Source: Rhizophagus irregularis (Eukaryota). From it: 64,000 bases of DNA. The stretch lies in NCBI RefSeq assembly GCF_026210795.1, contig NC_089433.1, forward strand, positions 2,418,001-2,482,000, in the 5' to 3' direction. A program made the translations under genes and the position numbers. Positions within the stretch are counted from its first letter, which is position 1, and every line of letters begins with the position of its first letter. Shown here one piece after another: positions 11,961 through 24,334 of this stretch. The notes beneath the pieces were generated by a model. That model ran no database searches. It was not told the origin of the DNA and worked only from the letters and a program-made list of their open reading frames with translations.

Positions 11961-14167
11961 TCATGATGTAGTCTGTCGGTCTCTCAGATATCTCTTGTAA
12001 GCACTATATACACGCGCTATCTCATATGAAGTCATCCAACCACTTGGCCAAACAGTTAACAGCTAATGAAATTATTAATAAAGATTAGTATATATGTTAG
12101 ATACATAAAAATGAAGAACATACATTTTGATATAAATGTTTTCTCTGCGTCTGTTCAGAATATCTTTCTGACTTTTCTTCCGCTTCCCTAAATATTGTAA
12201 CAAGCAATTAATATGATTCAAAGCAAACTTAATAATTTAAATTAACATACCATAAATCATTACTCATTACAACGATCGACATCTCTGCTTGAACAATTTT
12301 CCACAACAAAGACCTCGTTGTTTCATCCCATCTAAATTTTTTACCATTAGGATCTTGATATTGTTCCGTTTCGCCATCAATATCCATCATTGATTCACTA
12401 TTAGAAGTTGCTGATGTAGAATCTAATAAGGCACGCGTGGCTTGTCGTTCATTATATTCCTGAATAAGTAGTGGCATTACTTCTTCAACAGCAGCTTTTA
12501 AACGTTCTATCAAGTCCGCCTTAGTTTTATGTAATTCAGATATTGTTTTAGGGTATAAAGTCCTTTGACAAAGACGCTGTTAAAATAGTTAATGATATGA
12601 AATTTACAGCCATGATAAGTTTAAAAATTAAATATCAAATGTTATGCCTACCGTTACTGTGAATTTATTATATGGTAAAATATTTGTCAGTATTTTGAAA
12701 AGATTTTCATTAAATTGCGACCGTTCATATGCAGCTGTTAAAATTTCCATCAATGGAGGCTTAAGATTTGGTGGAAATCTGGACTTAATCTCAAACGTTT
12801 CTATGATAATAAATAGATCATATTTATTTGTGTTTTCTCTATGAAAACTTAATAAAATGCAAACTAAATAATTATTACCACTATCCACTTTAACTTTGAA
12901 AGCATCCACGAGTACCTGTATTTCTGGACGAATAGGTTCCTAAAATAATAAAAATTTCAAAGTCAGAAACAATAAATATTTATAAAATTTTACGTCGAAC
13001 TTACTATCGGATAAATTTTTTTCTTTTTTCCTGGAGTTTTATTTGGATCGGGTATAACTTTATTGTTAAATGTTGGCGTTTTAGGTGCTTCAGTAGGATT
13101 TGTGGTGAGAAGCCTATCAGGTGAATTTGGTGGGAAAGCATTATTAAATGCTGTTGCGAAATCTTGTGGTGTAGGGGTGACATTGATAACAGGAGGTTGG
13201 AATAAATTTGTATTTATGAAATGTGGTAAAGTTGTTTGTGCCGAATCTTGTAGCTTAGTTTCAACAGCTAACTTAGACCTCTTATATGCCCTTTTAGGTT
13301 TGTTGATTTTATCACTGCCCTCTTCTCCTTCTTTAGGTTTCACGGTACGTTTCTTACGAGGCTGTGGTGGTTTATCTTTAGCATCACCAGATTTTGGTTT
13401 ACGTTTAGTCCTTTTCTTTCCTGTTTCAGTTCTAAAGCAAAAAAAAAAGTATTTGGATTTATTTAAAGTTCAATCACAAAGAACTTTTTTACTTACTCGT
13501 CCACCATTCCTTGTAACGTCAAAGGACCTTTCCATACAAAAAATCCTTCAACTGTTGGTCGAATATTTCCATAATCTCGTTGAAATGGAGCCAAATCGCT
13601 ATCATCTATAAATGGATCACTAACATCATAATTTTGTTCCTTTTTGCTAACTTTTTCTTTTCTCTTTTTCGGATTCTTCTCGGGTTTCTCCTTAGCTTCT
13701 TTAGCTTTCTAAATTTTTTTTAAAAAAAAATCTTTTACTAGGAATTTTTTTTTTAAAAAAAAAGAAAAAGTATTTACCTCTTCTTGAGCTTCTTGAGCAT
13801 ACTTTTCCGCATTTTCTAATAATCGTTTGAAAAATTCATTACTTTCTTCATGAACAGGTGGAGGCAAAGGATCACCAGAACTACTTGGTCTGGGTGAAGA
13901 AAAATCATTTGGTGTATCATTATCTGACCAATCTGAATGAGGAGTTTCTGAGCCTACAGATTCAGAACCTGATAGATAACGTGGTGGTGTTTTTATCACA
14001 GTAAAACCAGCTGCCTCACATAAGTCAGGAAAATATACGACGTTATTTTCCTTATCTTTTAGTTGAATATCTAAATGTATGTCAGGTCTTTTTGGTGTTT
14101 GTTGAGGACTTTCTGAAGTAAAACCAAGTTTAACTGCTCCAGCAATTGGATCTGGTTGTTCCTCCAT
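11961..14167 (-). CDS. HPC2: HPC2/ubinuclein-like HIR histone-chaperone subunit (HUN domain plus ubinuclein middle domain), about 8 exons
   Basis: HUN motif YDVSDPFIDDSDL...EGFFVWKGPL at ~13630-13520. Middle-domain-like RFPPNLKP...ILPYNKFT, KKFRWD and LLTVWPSGWMTSYEIARVY. Putative exons 14167-13778, 13708-13497, 13431-12994, 12939-12879, 12800-12652, 12576-12251, 12187-12124 and 12062-11961. Confidence 0.85.
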
Positions 14168-14931
14168 TATTGAACTACCAGGAATAAAGAGATAAGCAAT
14201 TTTTTATTGAACGTCAGACTTTCCCACGTGTACATATGTACATATTTGTGTCCTTTTTTATTCGGCGAATTAAAATTAGATTTGGAAAATTCGGAAATGA
14301 TGGAGATGATAATGTCAAATACTGCGTGAAAAACTAGGATATTACGCGTATAAACTTATGATTATATCATCGTTCAACCTTGCAACATAAAATCAATTTT
14401 CTTAAAGCTTTATCTTCCCTAGTATGTAATATTTTATCCCAATCCCTTTCTTGTAAAATTTTCATTAAAAAATCCAATATGGAATAAATTTTAAAAGAGA
14501 TAAATCGAGCCTTTGACTAGTAAAAAAGCCTTTATTTCATAGCCACTTTGCTTGCAGTAGGTTTTTTTACCGAAGAAGTTTATTAACCTTAAAAAAATCA
14601 AACAAATAAAGAAATATAGGGGAAGAGAAAATTTTCATGATTTTGGGAAACTCTAACACGTATGATCTGCATTATTTGGTTTCATTCATGTGATTTTGTA
14701 TAATTTTGTTATGCGTATTTTATTACAATATTTTGTTTTATTAAACATTTCACATTCTTGTAGTGTTTCGAGTCGCGCATTATAGCTAGTCCTTTCCTTC
14801 CCTTTCCACCAGAGAAATGCCATCTTAGGGTAAATAAAAATAAAATTTTGTTTTATAAACGGAAACTTATTAAGTCCGAAATGCTGGTTAAGGTTTTGTT
14901 GTGTATCATCACGTGCCGGACGGACACAGAC

Positions 14932-15198
14932 GCAAATGTATCGTTCTTATACCGTTATACGTGTACGACATACTATCTTATACGACCTATATTATGTGAC
15001 ATATACGTCGTATAAGAACATAGCACCTGATCGTATAAGAACGATACTTTGGAAGATTATTTGTTCTTTGTTTTTCTATTAGTTCTGCACTTGTTGTGGT
15101 TCTTTTTAGAATACTCTGTATTCTCTAAAGTGACTTACGGCATTAATTAATAAAATTCAAGCTCAAGCTATGTTTGCCTATAAGAACGATACATTTGT
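14932..15198. mobile_element. 267-bp MITE, 9-bp TSD (Mutator-like)
   Basis: TIR (G/A)CAAATGTATCGTTCTTATA. TSD GACACAGAC at 14923-14931 and 15199-15207. Confidence 0.85.
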
Positions 15199-15407
15199 GA
15201 CACAGACTACTAAATGAATTTATTGAAAGAAAATTTGCATATTTTTAAAAAAAGCAAAAAGACAAAGAAATTTAATACCACATCACTAGATAAATAAAAA
15301 GTGCATAAGTTTTTTTTATTAAAATTTTTATATAAAAAATAATACAAATAAATAAAAAAAGCTATAAGTTTACAGCCTAACCTCGATATATTGATATTCG
15401 ACATATA

Positions 15408-16151
15408 CAGTTCATGAAAAAAATAATCAGAATTTAATCAGAATTACAAAAAGTGTAAAGAATAAAAAACTAGTGATTAGAATTTCTTCAAATTTTGCAA
15501 ATTTGTTGTCAAATATATAAACCTTATGTATACTAAATCTCAACCTTCTATCTTACTTGGTTATCTCTCAATTGATTTTTTTAATTTGATAAAAAAAAAT
15601 TGTCAAAAATTTAAACTGTAAAAAATATATAAATTTCATAAAGCATTCAAAATTGCAGTTTATTAAAAACTTGAATAATTGTGATTGAGTTTATGCCATG
15701 TTAATTTTATTAAAAAAAAATTTCACTTTATTATTCATTAGTTGTTGAAAAAATTGATTCATCATGATGATTGTAATCTGATCTTTACTTTAATTTTTAT
15801 TAAAAGAACTAAAATTCAAAATTAAACATAAATTTAACCACATTAAAATATTTGGATTAATAATTTTTATTTGTATATTTCGAAAATTATTAATCTAAAC
15901 ATTAAATATACTTTAATTTCTGAGCACAATATTAAAATCTTTATGAAATTTTCATTTCTTAAATTTTTAAATGATTTTTTTTTAAATTGAAAAATTAATT
16001 GAGAGACAACTAAGTAAGACAAAAGGCTGAGACTTAATATATACAATGTTTACATATTTAACAACTAATTTGCAAAATTTGAAGAAATTTTAATAACTAG
16101 TTTTTTATTTTTTGCTCCTTTTGTAATTTTGATTACTTTTTTCGTGAACTG
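15408..16151. mobile_element. 744-bp Tc1/mariner-type MITE with long imperfect TIRs
   Basis: Termini CAGTTCATGAAAAAA / TTTTTTCGTGAACTG, flanked by TA. Arms are complementary over roughly 200 bp. Confidence 0.85.
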
Positions 16152-17418
16152 TAAATATTGGTATAACTTTGATATAATGATATTTTCTAAAAATTTCATA
16201 TATAACTGTATAAATTTATAACTCTATTTAAGTTAGGTAAAAATTCAGATATAAGTGATTTTGGATTTATTAAACAACTTTATTTAGATACTCAGAAGTT
16301 TACTAATACTAAAGTGTTAAGATGTTAAAATAACACTTTTCTGAAACTTCTATATGAATTTTTTTTTAAGAAAATATTAAACACATATAAAATTTGTTTT
16401 CTAAAGTAAAAATCATTAAAATAATATATTTTTAAAAAATTAGAAGAGAGTAAAAAAAAATTAAAAAAATGGTTAATACAATATATGGGGACCCTCATAG
16501 CAAAAGCCAGGGCTCAGACCGATCACGTGATTTTTGGATTTTTTGATGATCATATGCTTATAGGTCTAACCATTTGGAAAATTGGTTTTTCCATTTATAA
16601 TATATTAATAAAAAAGGCGTAAATTCTTGCAATTTTTATTTTTAAAAAATAACGCATTTTTTTAATTTTATTTCTAATAAATTATATGGAATACAGAATT
16701 AACTTTAATAATAATAATGCAAAATATTGCAAATAAAAATATTTTATCTGCTTTAGCAGAACTGAATGACATTTTTTTTATTGAAAATAATTCAAGTTTA
16801 AATGAAAAAAATATATCAGACAATGAAGTTATTTCTTTTATTAGTTACCAAATTAGTTTAAGTTTATGTTGTATTACTCGTATATATATTAATGTGAATT
16901 TTATTTTAATAAACTAATAAATGTGCTGCAGTGACAAAAAAAAAATAAAACAAAAAAAAATTCATTGAAATTGGACTTTTAGATGGTGAGATGATTTCAA
17001 AAAAAGCTTCTTAATAAACAAATTATATATTATTTACTATAAAAGATATATTATTACCATAAAAAGTATATTGTGATACCTGATTGCAGGACCTGACCCC
17101 CACTGGCCTACTTACCTACTAAATCACATAATTTCTGGCACACCCCATTATAAGGAGTAAAAATTCACTTTTAATGAATTTTACCATGATATTATATAAC
17201 TTAAAAAATCGTTTAATTTGAAAAGATTATGTAATATATATAAAAATTAAGGTAAAATATATTAGTGAATTTTGCCACAATATAAATTTAAGGTGAAATT
17301 TACCCTAATAAATTTTTTTAAGTTAACTGAAGGTTAATTAATATTAAATTAATCCATAAAAAAATATTTCACAATAGTTTTTTTAGAAAATTTAAAAGTT
17401 TACACAGAATATTTAAAC

Positions 17419-17662
17419 TAAGGTTGCTTGTCTAAACCTCTTCAAAATCCTACGATTAGTTTCGTCAAAATTTTACTATAGATTTATTATAGTTTCGGCA
17501 GAGTTTCGGCAGTTTCGGCATTTATAATAAGTTTCGGCAGTTTCGCCTTTCTCCAAAGTTTCGCCAGTTTTTTAATATAACTTTAATATAGTTTCGGCAG
17601 AATTTCACTTTTCGGCGAAACGCCATCTTGCCTAAACCCCTAGGTTTCGGCAAGCAACCTTA
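17419..17662. mobile_element. 244-bp hAT-type MITE, copy 1
   Basis: TIR TAAGGTTGCTTG; 8-bp TSD ATTTAAAC (17411-17418, 17663-17670); internal TTTCGGCA repeats. Near-identical copy at 42044-42287. Confidence 0.9.
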
Positions 17663-17670
17663 ATTTAAAC

Positions 17671-18290
17671 TATACATGAAGTCAAAATTAAAGCCCAAAA
17701 GTAGAAATATTTCGACTTGGTCGAAATTACATTATAGTCATGTGATTTTTATAATTATAATTTAATATAAAATTTTAAACATGAATAACTCTGTCAATAT
17801 TAATGCTACAGATATGAAATATATATCATTGGAATCCTCTCGATGAGCTGAATCCAACCGCGTAAAGATTATAAAAATTGAATTACTGGATGCGAAGTTC
17901 ATTAACTTTGAATTTTAATATTATTGTTTACTATAAAATCATATGACTATGATGTAATTTCGACCATTTCGACTTTTGGAAAGGCTCAAGTCAAAATCAT
18001 TTTGACCTATACTTGTAGCCGAAACCTTTTCACGTGATTTTTAGCCACGTCTTTAAATCAAAATTAAGTTAAAAAATGATAAAAATTAATCTCTACATCT
18101 AGCCGAAACTATAATATAAAGTCTTTGAAGTTTCGGATGGATTTCTGAATAGTTTTTAATAATTTATTATAATTAAATTACTGAAAGTCTGAAACCCTGT
18201 CCAGCTTCATAGAGGTTTCGGCTACATGTATATTTTGACTATTTCGACCATTTTAGAGGTTAAAATTAACCAATTTCGGTTTCATGTATA
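17671..18290. mobile_element. hAT-type MITE (TATACATGAA termini) carrying a nested MITE
   Basis: TIR TATACATGAA...TTCATGTATA. TSD ATTTAAAC at 17663-17670 and 18291-18298. Confidence 0.8.
18008..18232. mobile_element. 225-bp nested hAT-type MITE
   Basis: TIR TATACTTGTAGCCGAAACCT / AGGTTTCGGCTACATGTATA. 8-bp TSD TTTTGACC / TTTTGACT (one mismatch). Confidence 0.75.
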
Positions 18291-19179
18291 ATTTAAACAT
18301 GGATCATGTAACATTAATGTCACACCCTTTTATTTTTTTTATATAATATATGTATTTTTGACTGTTTTGCAAGTTTACTTAAAGCATTAAAGGAGTTTTG
18401 AATGCCATTTTAACTTATATATGAAAAACTGTTTTTATCGAATTTTTTTTAAAAGTGATCAGCAAAATCAATTATTTATAGATAAAGTTAAAACTAATAT
18501 TTAAAAGCACCTTTAATGCTTTAGGTAAACTTGTAGAGTAGGTAAAAATCCATTTACTAATTTTGAAGTTTATACTATTAGTCAAAATGGCAATAACTAT
18601 ATAATCTAGATTCAAACACTTCATATTTAAATAGAAATTGCATTTTTTTTAATACTTTAATAAAAAATGTTGTAAAAATATTTTTTTAAAATATTATATA
18701 AAAAAGCATTTTACTATATTTTTTCAATATTTTAAATATTGCAAAAACATTTTTAAAAATATTATATAAAAAAAATATTTTATTATTTTTTTAATACTTT
18801 AATAAAAATATTAACTAAAATTAGTAATAAACTAATAATATAAGTAAAATCTCTAGCATTTGTATAATATTCTGAAAATTTACTATTCTAACTGAAAAAA
18901 TTCCAGAATTATAAAATCCAAATTCTAAAAGTTTACCAAAAAGTTCAAATTAAATGATATTATTATATCTAATACTACTAATCAATTATACAATAAATTT
19001 CTTATTAAATAAAGATTGAATATTTGTATAATATCTGATTTTCTGATAAATTTCATTTTTTTTTTGATTCAAATTCGTTAAATTTATGCTAAAATTTAAT
19101 AAATAAACTTACACTAAAATGCTAAACTAAAAATATATTAATTTTAATAATTTTAATTTTAAACAACTTGTTATAGTTT

Positions 19180-19600
19180 TGAAAAAAAAATAGATGAACT
19201 AATAAAAGAACTGATGAAAAAAAAACTAGTAAAAAAAAAAGAATTAAAGGTAAATTAGAAGAAGCTGCATTAAGTAAAAAACCTGATAATATTATTTCTA
19301 AAAAAAAGGTTTTTAAAGAGTAAGATTAGAATAATAAATCAAAAAGAAAGTTTGTTTGGTTATATTTTAAAAAGTTTACAGATAATAAAAATATAATTTG
19401 AGTGAAATGTAAATATTGCAGGTAAATTAAATTTATTAATTTTTACAATTATCTATAAAAATACTAATTATATGAATTTTTAATAATTTAAAATATAAAA
19501 TGAATAATAAAACAAATGATTTAACAGAAAATTTAAGCTGTCATTTTAAAATTCATATAGATAAAGTTAATCCTTTTGCTAAAAAACAAGCTTAAATGAT
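19180..19600 (+). pseudogene. Highly decayed BED zinc-finger (hAT transposase) remnant
   Basis: Reads KRKFVWLYFKKF...VKCKYC, then a likely intron, then ...NLSCHFKIH. Contains stops. Confidence 0.4.
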
Positions 19601-19820
19601 GATAATGATAATAAAAACAGCTTATAATTATAAAAATTATATTATAAATTATTTGAAATGTATTGCATAATTACTTATATTTTATTTTTTAAACTGTATT
19701 TATTTAAAAAAAATTTTCATTTATATGGACAAATTTGATGATAATTTCAGTTAAAATTAATGTTAATTTTAGTTATATTCACAATCATTCATATAATATA
19801 TTATTAGTTATTTTATTTAA

Positions 19821-20877
19821 GGATCATTTTAACGCTTACCAGAGGTGAAATTCACCGGAGGTGAATTTCACCATATCACGTAATATTTATTATTATATTA
19901 AAATTCATCGCATATTTGTATCCAATTTTTTGTGTTTGAATAAACATGTAAAAAAAAGTTTTTTCTATTGACTATTTGAACATAAATTTTTAAAGTTTTA
20001 TTGACAAAAAGTTTCTTTTTAAATTAACATAACTTCAATTAAACTATTACACCCATTCACTAATCATTTAATCCAGATTTTTTATTAATTTAAAACCTAT
20101 AGTAATGCATAATATATAATTCTTTATAATAATGAAAAATGAAATGAAAGTAAAATAGGTTGATAAAAACAGAAATGGGATGATGTAAAACAAAATGAAA
20201 TAATACAAAGTGAATTGAGATAATGAAAAATAAAGTGGAATGTTGCAAAACGATATGGAGTGATGAAAAACGATATAAAGCGATATAGTCATATAAAGTG
20301 ATGAAAAATGATATGGAGCAATATGGAGTGATGAAAAATAATATGGAACGATATGGAGTGATGAAAAGCGATATGGAGCAATATGGAGTGATGAAAACCA
20401 ATATAAAGCAATATGGAGTGATGAAAACTGATATGAAGCAATATGGAGTGATGAAAAATGATATGGAAATGAAAGGGACAATGATAAATGAAAGGATAAT
20501 TAAAAACAAAGTGGAAGCAAAGGGAATGGTAGAAAAATAAAAATACTAGCAATAAAAGTAAGTCTTACTTTAACTTCTTGAAGTTATTTGAAATTATTGT
20601 TTTCTGAAAAACAAGTTAACAAGTTAGCATAAGAGAAAAAGAACATTAAACTAGCGAAGTAATAAGAAAATAAAAAAATCTTACCTTAAGAAGTCCCAGT
20701 AAAAGCTGGTCATTTTGAAAATAATATTACAAAAAAGCAAAAAACAAAATATGCGTTACGCATTTGTGTAATATGAAATTACTTGGTGAATTTCACCGAG
20801 ATAAATTTAAAATTTTAATAATTTTAATGCATTGCAGATCAAGGTGAAATTCACTGAGGTGAATGTAAAATTAATCC
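19821..20877. mobile_element. 1.06-kb non-autonomous element, 9-bp TSD (Mutator-like)
   Basis: Imperfect TIRs GGATCATTTTAAC...GGTGAAATTCACC / GGTGAAATTCAC...GTAAAATTAATCC. TSD TTTATTTAA at 19812-19820 and 20878-20886. Confidence 0.7.
20240..20470. repeat. 30-bp minisatellite inside the Mutator-like element
   Basis: About 6-7 units of gatatggagcaatatggagtgatgaaaaac. Confidence 0.85.
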
Positions 20878-22442
20878 TTTATTTAAAATCATAATTTTTT
20901 AAATTTACTATATTTACAATAATATTAAAATACTTTTAATATCAAATTTTATACAATATATTTATAGGAAAATAAAATTAAAAATAACTAATTAAAAATA
21001 TTAATTTTTAACTTCATATAAAATTAGTTATAATAAGTAATATAGTAAATATAAAATTTAATAAAAATAAATCTGATTAAAAACAAATTTTTTATTTATT
21101 TTATTATTTATTTTATTATTAATTATTTATTTAATTGCAATGTTTAATGAAAGTACTATATTTTATTGTCTAGTATAAACTTTCAGCATTATATTTAATT
21201 TATTTTTATACAAATTTTAAATAAAATAAAAAAATAAAGAAAATAACATTTATTAATAAAAATTTTTTATAATATATTTTATTATTTTTATTTAATTTAT
21301 TTTGAATTTATAAGTTCTATTTAACAAATAAAAAAAAAATAAAATATATGGATGAATATACTTTAATTAAAATGTTAATTATTTGCCAAAATTAATGTTA
21401 ATTCTAGAAAAATAATCAACATTCTGATTAAAAGAAAAATTTTTAAAATATAATTAATTAATCAGTTTAAACCAGTTGAATATAACTGAATATTCAGTTT
21501 AAACTAATTTAAATATAACTGATTTACATTATTATTCAATTATATTATTTCAAATTGGCTTAAAACTGATTAGTAAAAATCAAACTGTTTTTAACATTTA
21601 GTAATACTAATACCAATACCAACTCATTTAAATCTAAAGTAATGATTACTTGATTGGGAGAATTATTTTATCACATTTGTGCTGTAAATAAATGGATCAT
21701 ATAACAAGTCTGTGAAATAATTATTTTCTCATATATTTATAATATCAAAATATTTTTTATCACTTTTGTCCTTAATTTCATATACTTTAGTTTACATTAA
21801 TAACATTTTGCAAAAAATACTATATAAGCTATTATGTTTATCACTTTATTCTACTTTAGTTGATATTGAGAATAAGTCTATTAGCAAGCTCAAGGAGACT
21901 ATAAAAGTGATAAAATAAAAAAAAGAGCTGTCAGCAATAAATAATATTGAAGACTACTGGTTTAAGAAATTACCTAAGAAGAGTATTTATATCAGTCAAA
22001 CTGTTTTTGCCAACTATTACTTCAAACCATGAACAGGAATTACTTAACCAAGTTGCTCATTACAGGTATTACTAAACAAGTTTATTCATTGGTACAAATA
22101 AGTAGTGGAAATAGTAATGTATGGTAATTAAGAATAAATGTATACTTTCATGTATCATTGATTTATACGATCCATTAAGCATTTTGAGATTCAGCCAGAG
22201 AGAGGTTGTTTTGCATTTTCTGATCATTTATTACTAAAATCATAATCAAGAGAAAACAACTCCCTGATGCTATTGTATAAATTGCAAAATGAAAAAATTT
22301 TTTATTAATACAAATATTGTAAGAAATAAATGATGCAACATGAAATTGCTTGATATATTTCATTTTTGGATTTTACGTTACCCATGACAACAATGGCAAG
22401 GATGCCTATATTCCCAAGTAGTTTTATGATAATACTCTATTT

Positions 22443-22488
22443 CCTAACCCTAACCCTAACCAACCCTAGCCCTAACTCTACCCTACTC
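22443..22488. repeat. Short degenerate interstitial telomere-like repeat (CCCTAA)n
   Basis: cctaaccctaaccctaaccaaccctagccctaactctaccctac. Confidence 0.6.
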
Positions 22489-23098
22489 CTTAATCATTTC
22501 AATCATTTCACTTTTCTTTTACAAATTTTAAATAAAATTAGAATACATAGAATCTATAAGTTATTTAAGTGAAAATCTCTGCAATGAATTTAATAATCAA
22601 AAGCAAATCATAGAAAAATAAAACAAATCATACTCCTTTCTACGGGTTCTCATTTCTGCATCTCAGATCAAGCTACTTTGTCTTCATTCTCACCAAGTCT
22701 ATTGTAAAGCGTAAGTGAAGCTTCAGGCAAATGATCATGAATCTTTTGTAAATCATCTGGCGATTCAAGTTCAGTTGAAGCAGGTGTTTTTGCAGAGCTT
22801 TTTACATTTTCATTTTCATTTGCATTAGTTGCAGAACCTTCCTCTATCTGTATATCTGAAATGACAGAATATTATTATTAGGTTTAAATTAAAAAACTTC
22901 ATACATTCCCTAGATCTTACCATCCGTATTAAAATATATATTTTTTTATTTTGTAAAAGGTTTTTGACGTTCTTTAAGAAAGTGGTGATTTTTTACTTTA
23001 TTTTTTTTTATTAATATTTATCATTGCAATTAATTTTGGCGTGAAAGGGTTATATTTATAATTAATATCGGAGGTAGATATCATACTCAATAACTATA

Positions 23099-23241
23099 CC
23101 TCCGATGTTGTATAGTACTAGTTGACGAAATCTATACAGTATAATTTTTATCGTATAGTATAGTGTAAAAAATCTATACTGTATAGATAAATGCTATACT
23201 GTATAAATAAAAAATTATACTGTACTGTACAACATTGGAGG
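23099..23241. mobile_element. ~143-bp MITE with TA flanks
   Basis: TIR CCTCCGATGTTGTATAGTAC / GTACTGTACAACATTGGAGG. Confidence 0.7.
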
Positions 23242-24334
23242 TATATATATATCATACTCAATATCGTTTAACCGTTATGAACGCGAGTACCCGACAATCC
23301 CGACAATAAAAATTTCAAGTGTCCACTATATTTCGATGATACTTTTCCGCTTTTCCGCAGTACATACTAGCCCGAAATTTATGCTATGCGCAGTAATACA
23401 TAACCGCTGGTTTTTACTCGAAAGTTCTGGCATATTTTTTATTACGCAACTTGATTGCATCTCCTGAAATCGACAGATTGTTAATATCGACAGCGCCATT
23501 GACGAAGAGAAACTTGAATAATTTAGTAAAAATCACATGAAAATGGAAGATGCACAAAACCTATTTTAGTATTTGTATAAAATTATTGCCGTGATTTCTC
23601 GTGATTTCTGTAAAAACTGATACATTTATGTTTTGTGATTATAAATTCCACGATCAAATCACGGAAAAAATTTTTATTGGGTAAAGAAAAATATGGTAAA
23701 TTTTGATGCCCAAGAGTTTGATAATACTTAGGAGAAGGTGGTTGTAATCATAGCCAATTTTTTCAAGGGGATTGATGCCTTAAGATGTTTACCACCACGA
23801 GATAGAAAACCCATCTGATATTAGGAAGTAATTGAATAATAAAAATTTTTGGTTTTGATTTTATCAGAAATTATCCAAGATATAAATTTTCGCCATTGAA
23901 TTCTACTTGAGTTATATTCATTTTCTTGCAAGTACGACTATGTTATAAAATACTGTCATGATATCAATATTTAAGTGGCCACGAAACCGTTTTAAAAGAC
24001 AAAAATACAAAGTCCTCATTTTATTTTTTAAAAAAAAATTATTTAAATATAAAGATTATTGACGGAGGCATTTACCGCCGTTTAGATTTTACATTTTTAA
24101 TATATCAAGAATTTGGATAGAGAACGATTTTCATGTGACACGAACTGGAGACTAACATCAAGTGATAAGAAAAAGTATAAATATTTTTTATAACTTTGAT
24201 ATTTTCAATATCAATAAGAGCGACCATTAGTAGACATGGAATAATTTAAAATACGGATTTATAATAATAAATATATAAATAATATATAATATATAATGTT
24301 CTTTATTTAAAATAAACAATATTCTAATATTCTT

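Noticed and set aside
13063..13611. 182-aa plus-strand ORF (also 10495-10746, 12644-12844, 59693-59911 and 57245-57671)
   Set aside because: These are antisense shadows of real coding sequence.
16480..17320. Possible additional small TIR elements
   Set aside because: Only weak partial inverted matches and no TSD.
22620..22925. Exon-like segment on the minus strand (DIQIEEGSATNANENE...)
   Set aside because: It has an in-frame stop, no convincing start and no recognisable family.
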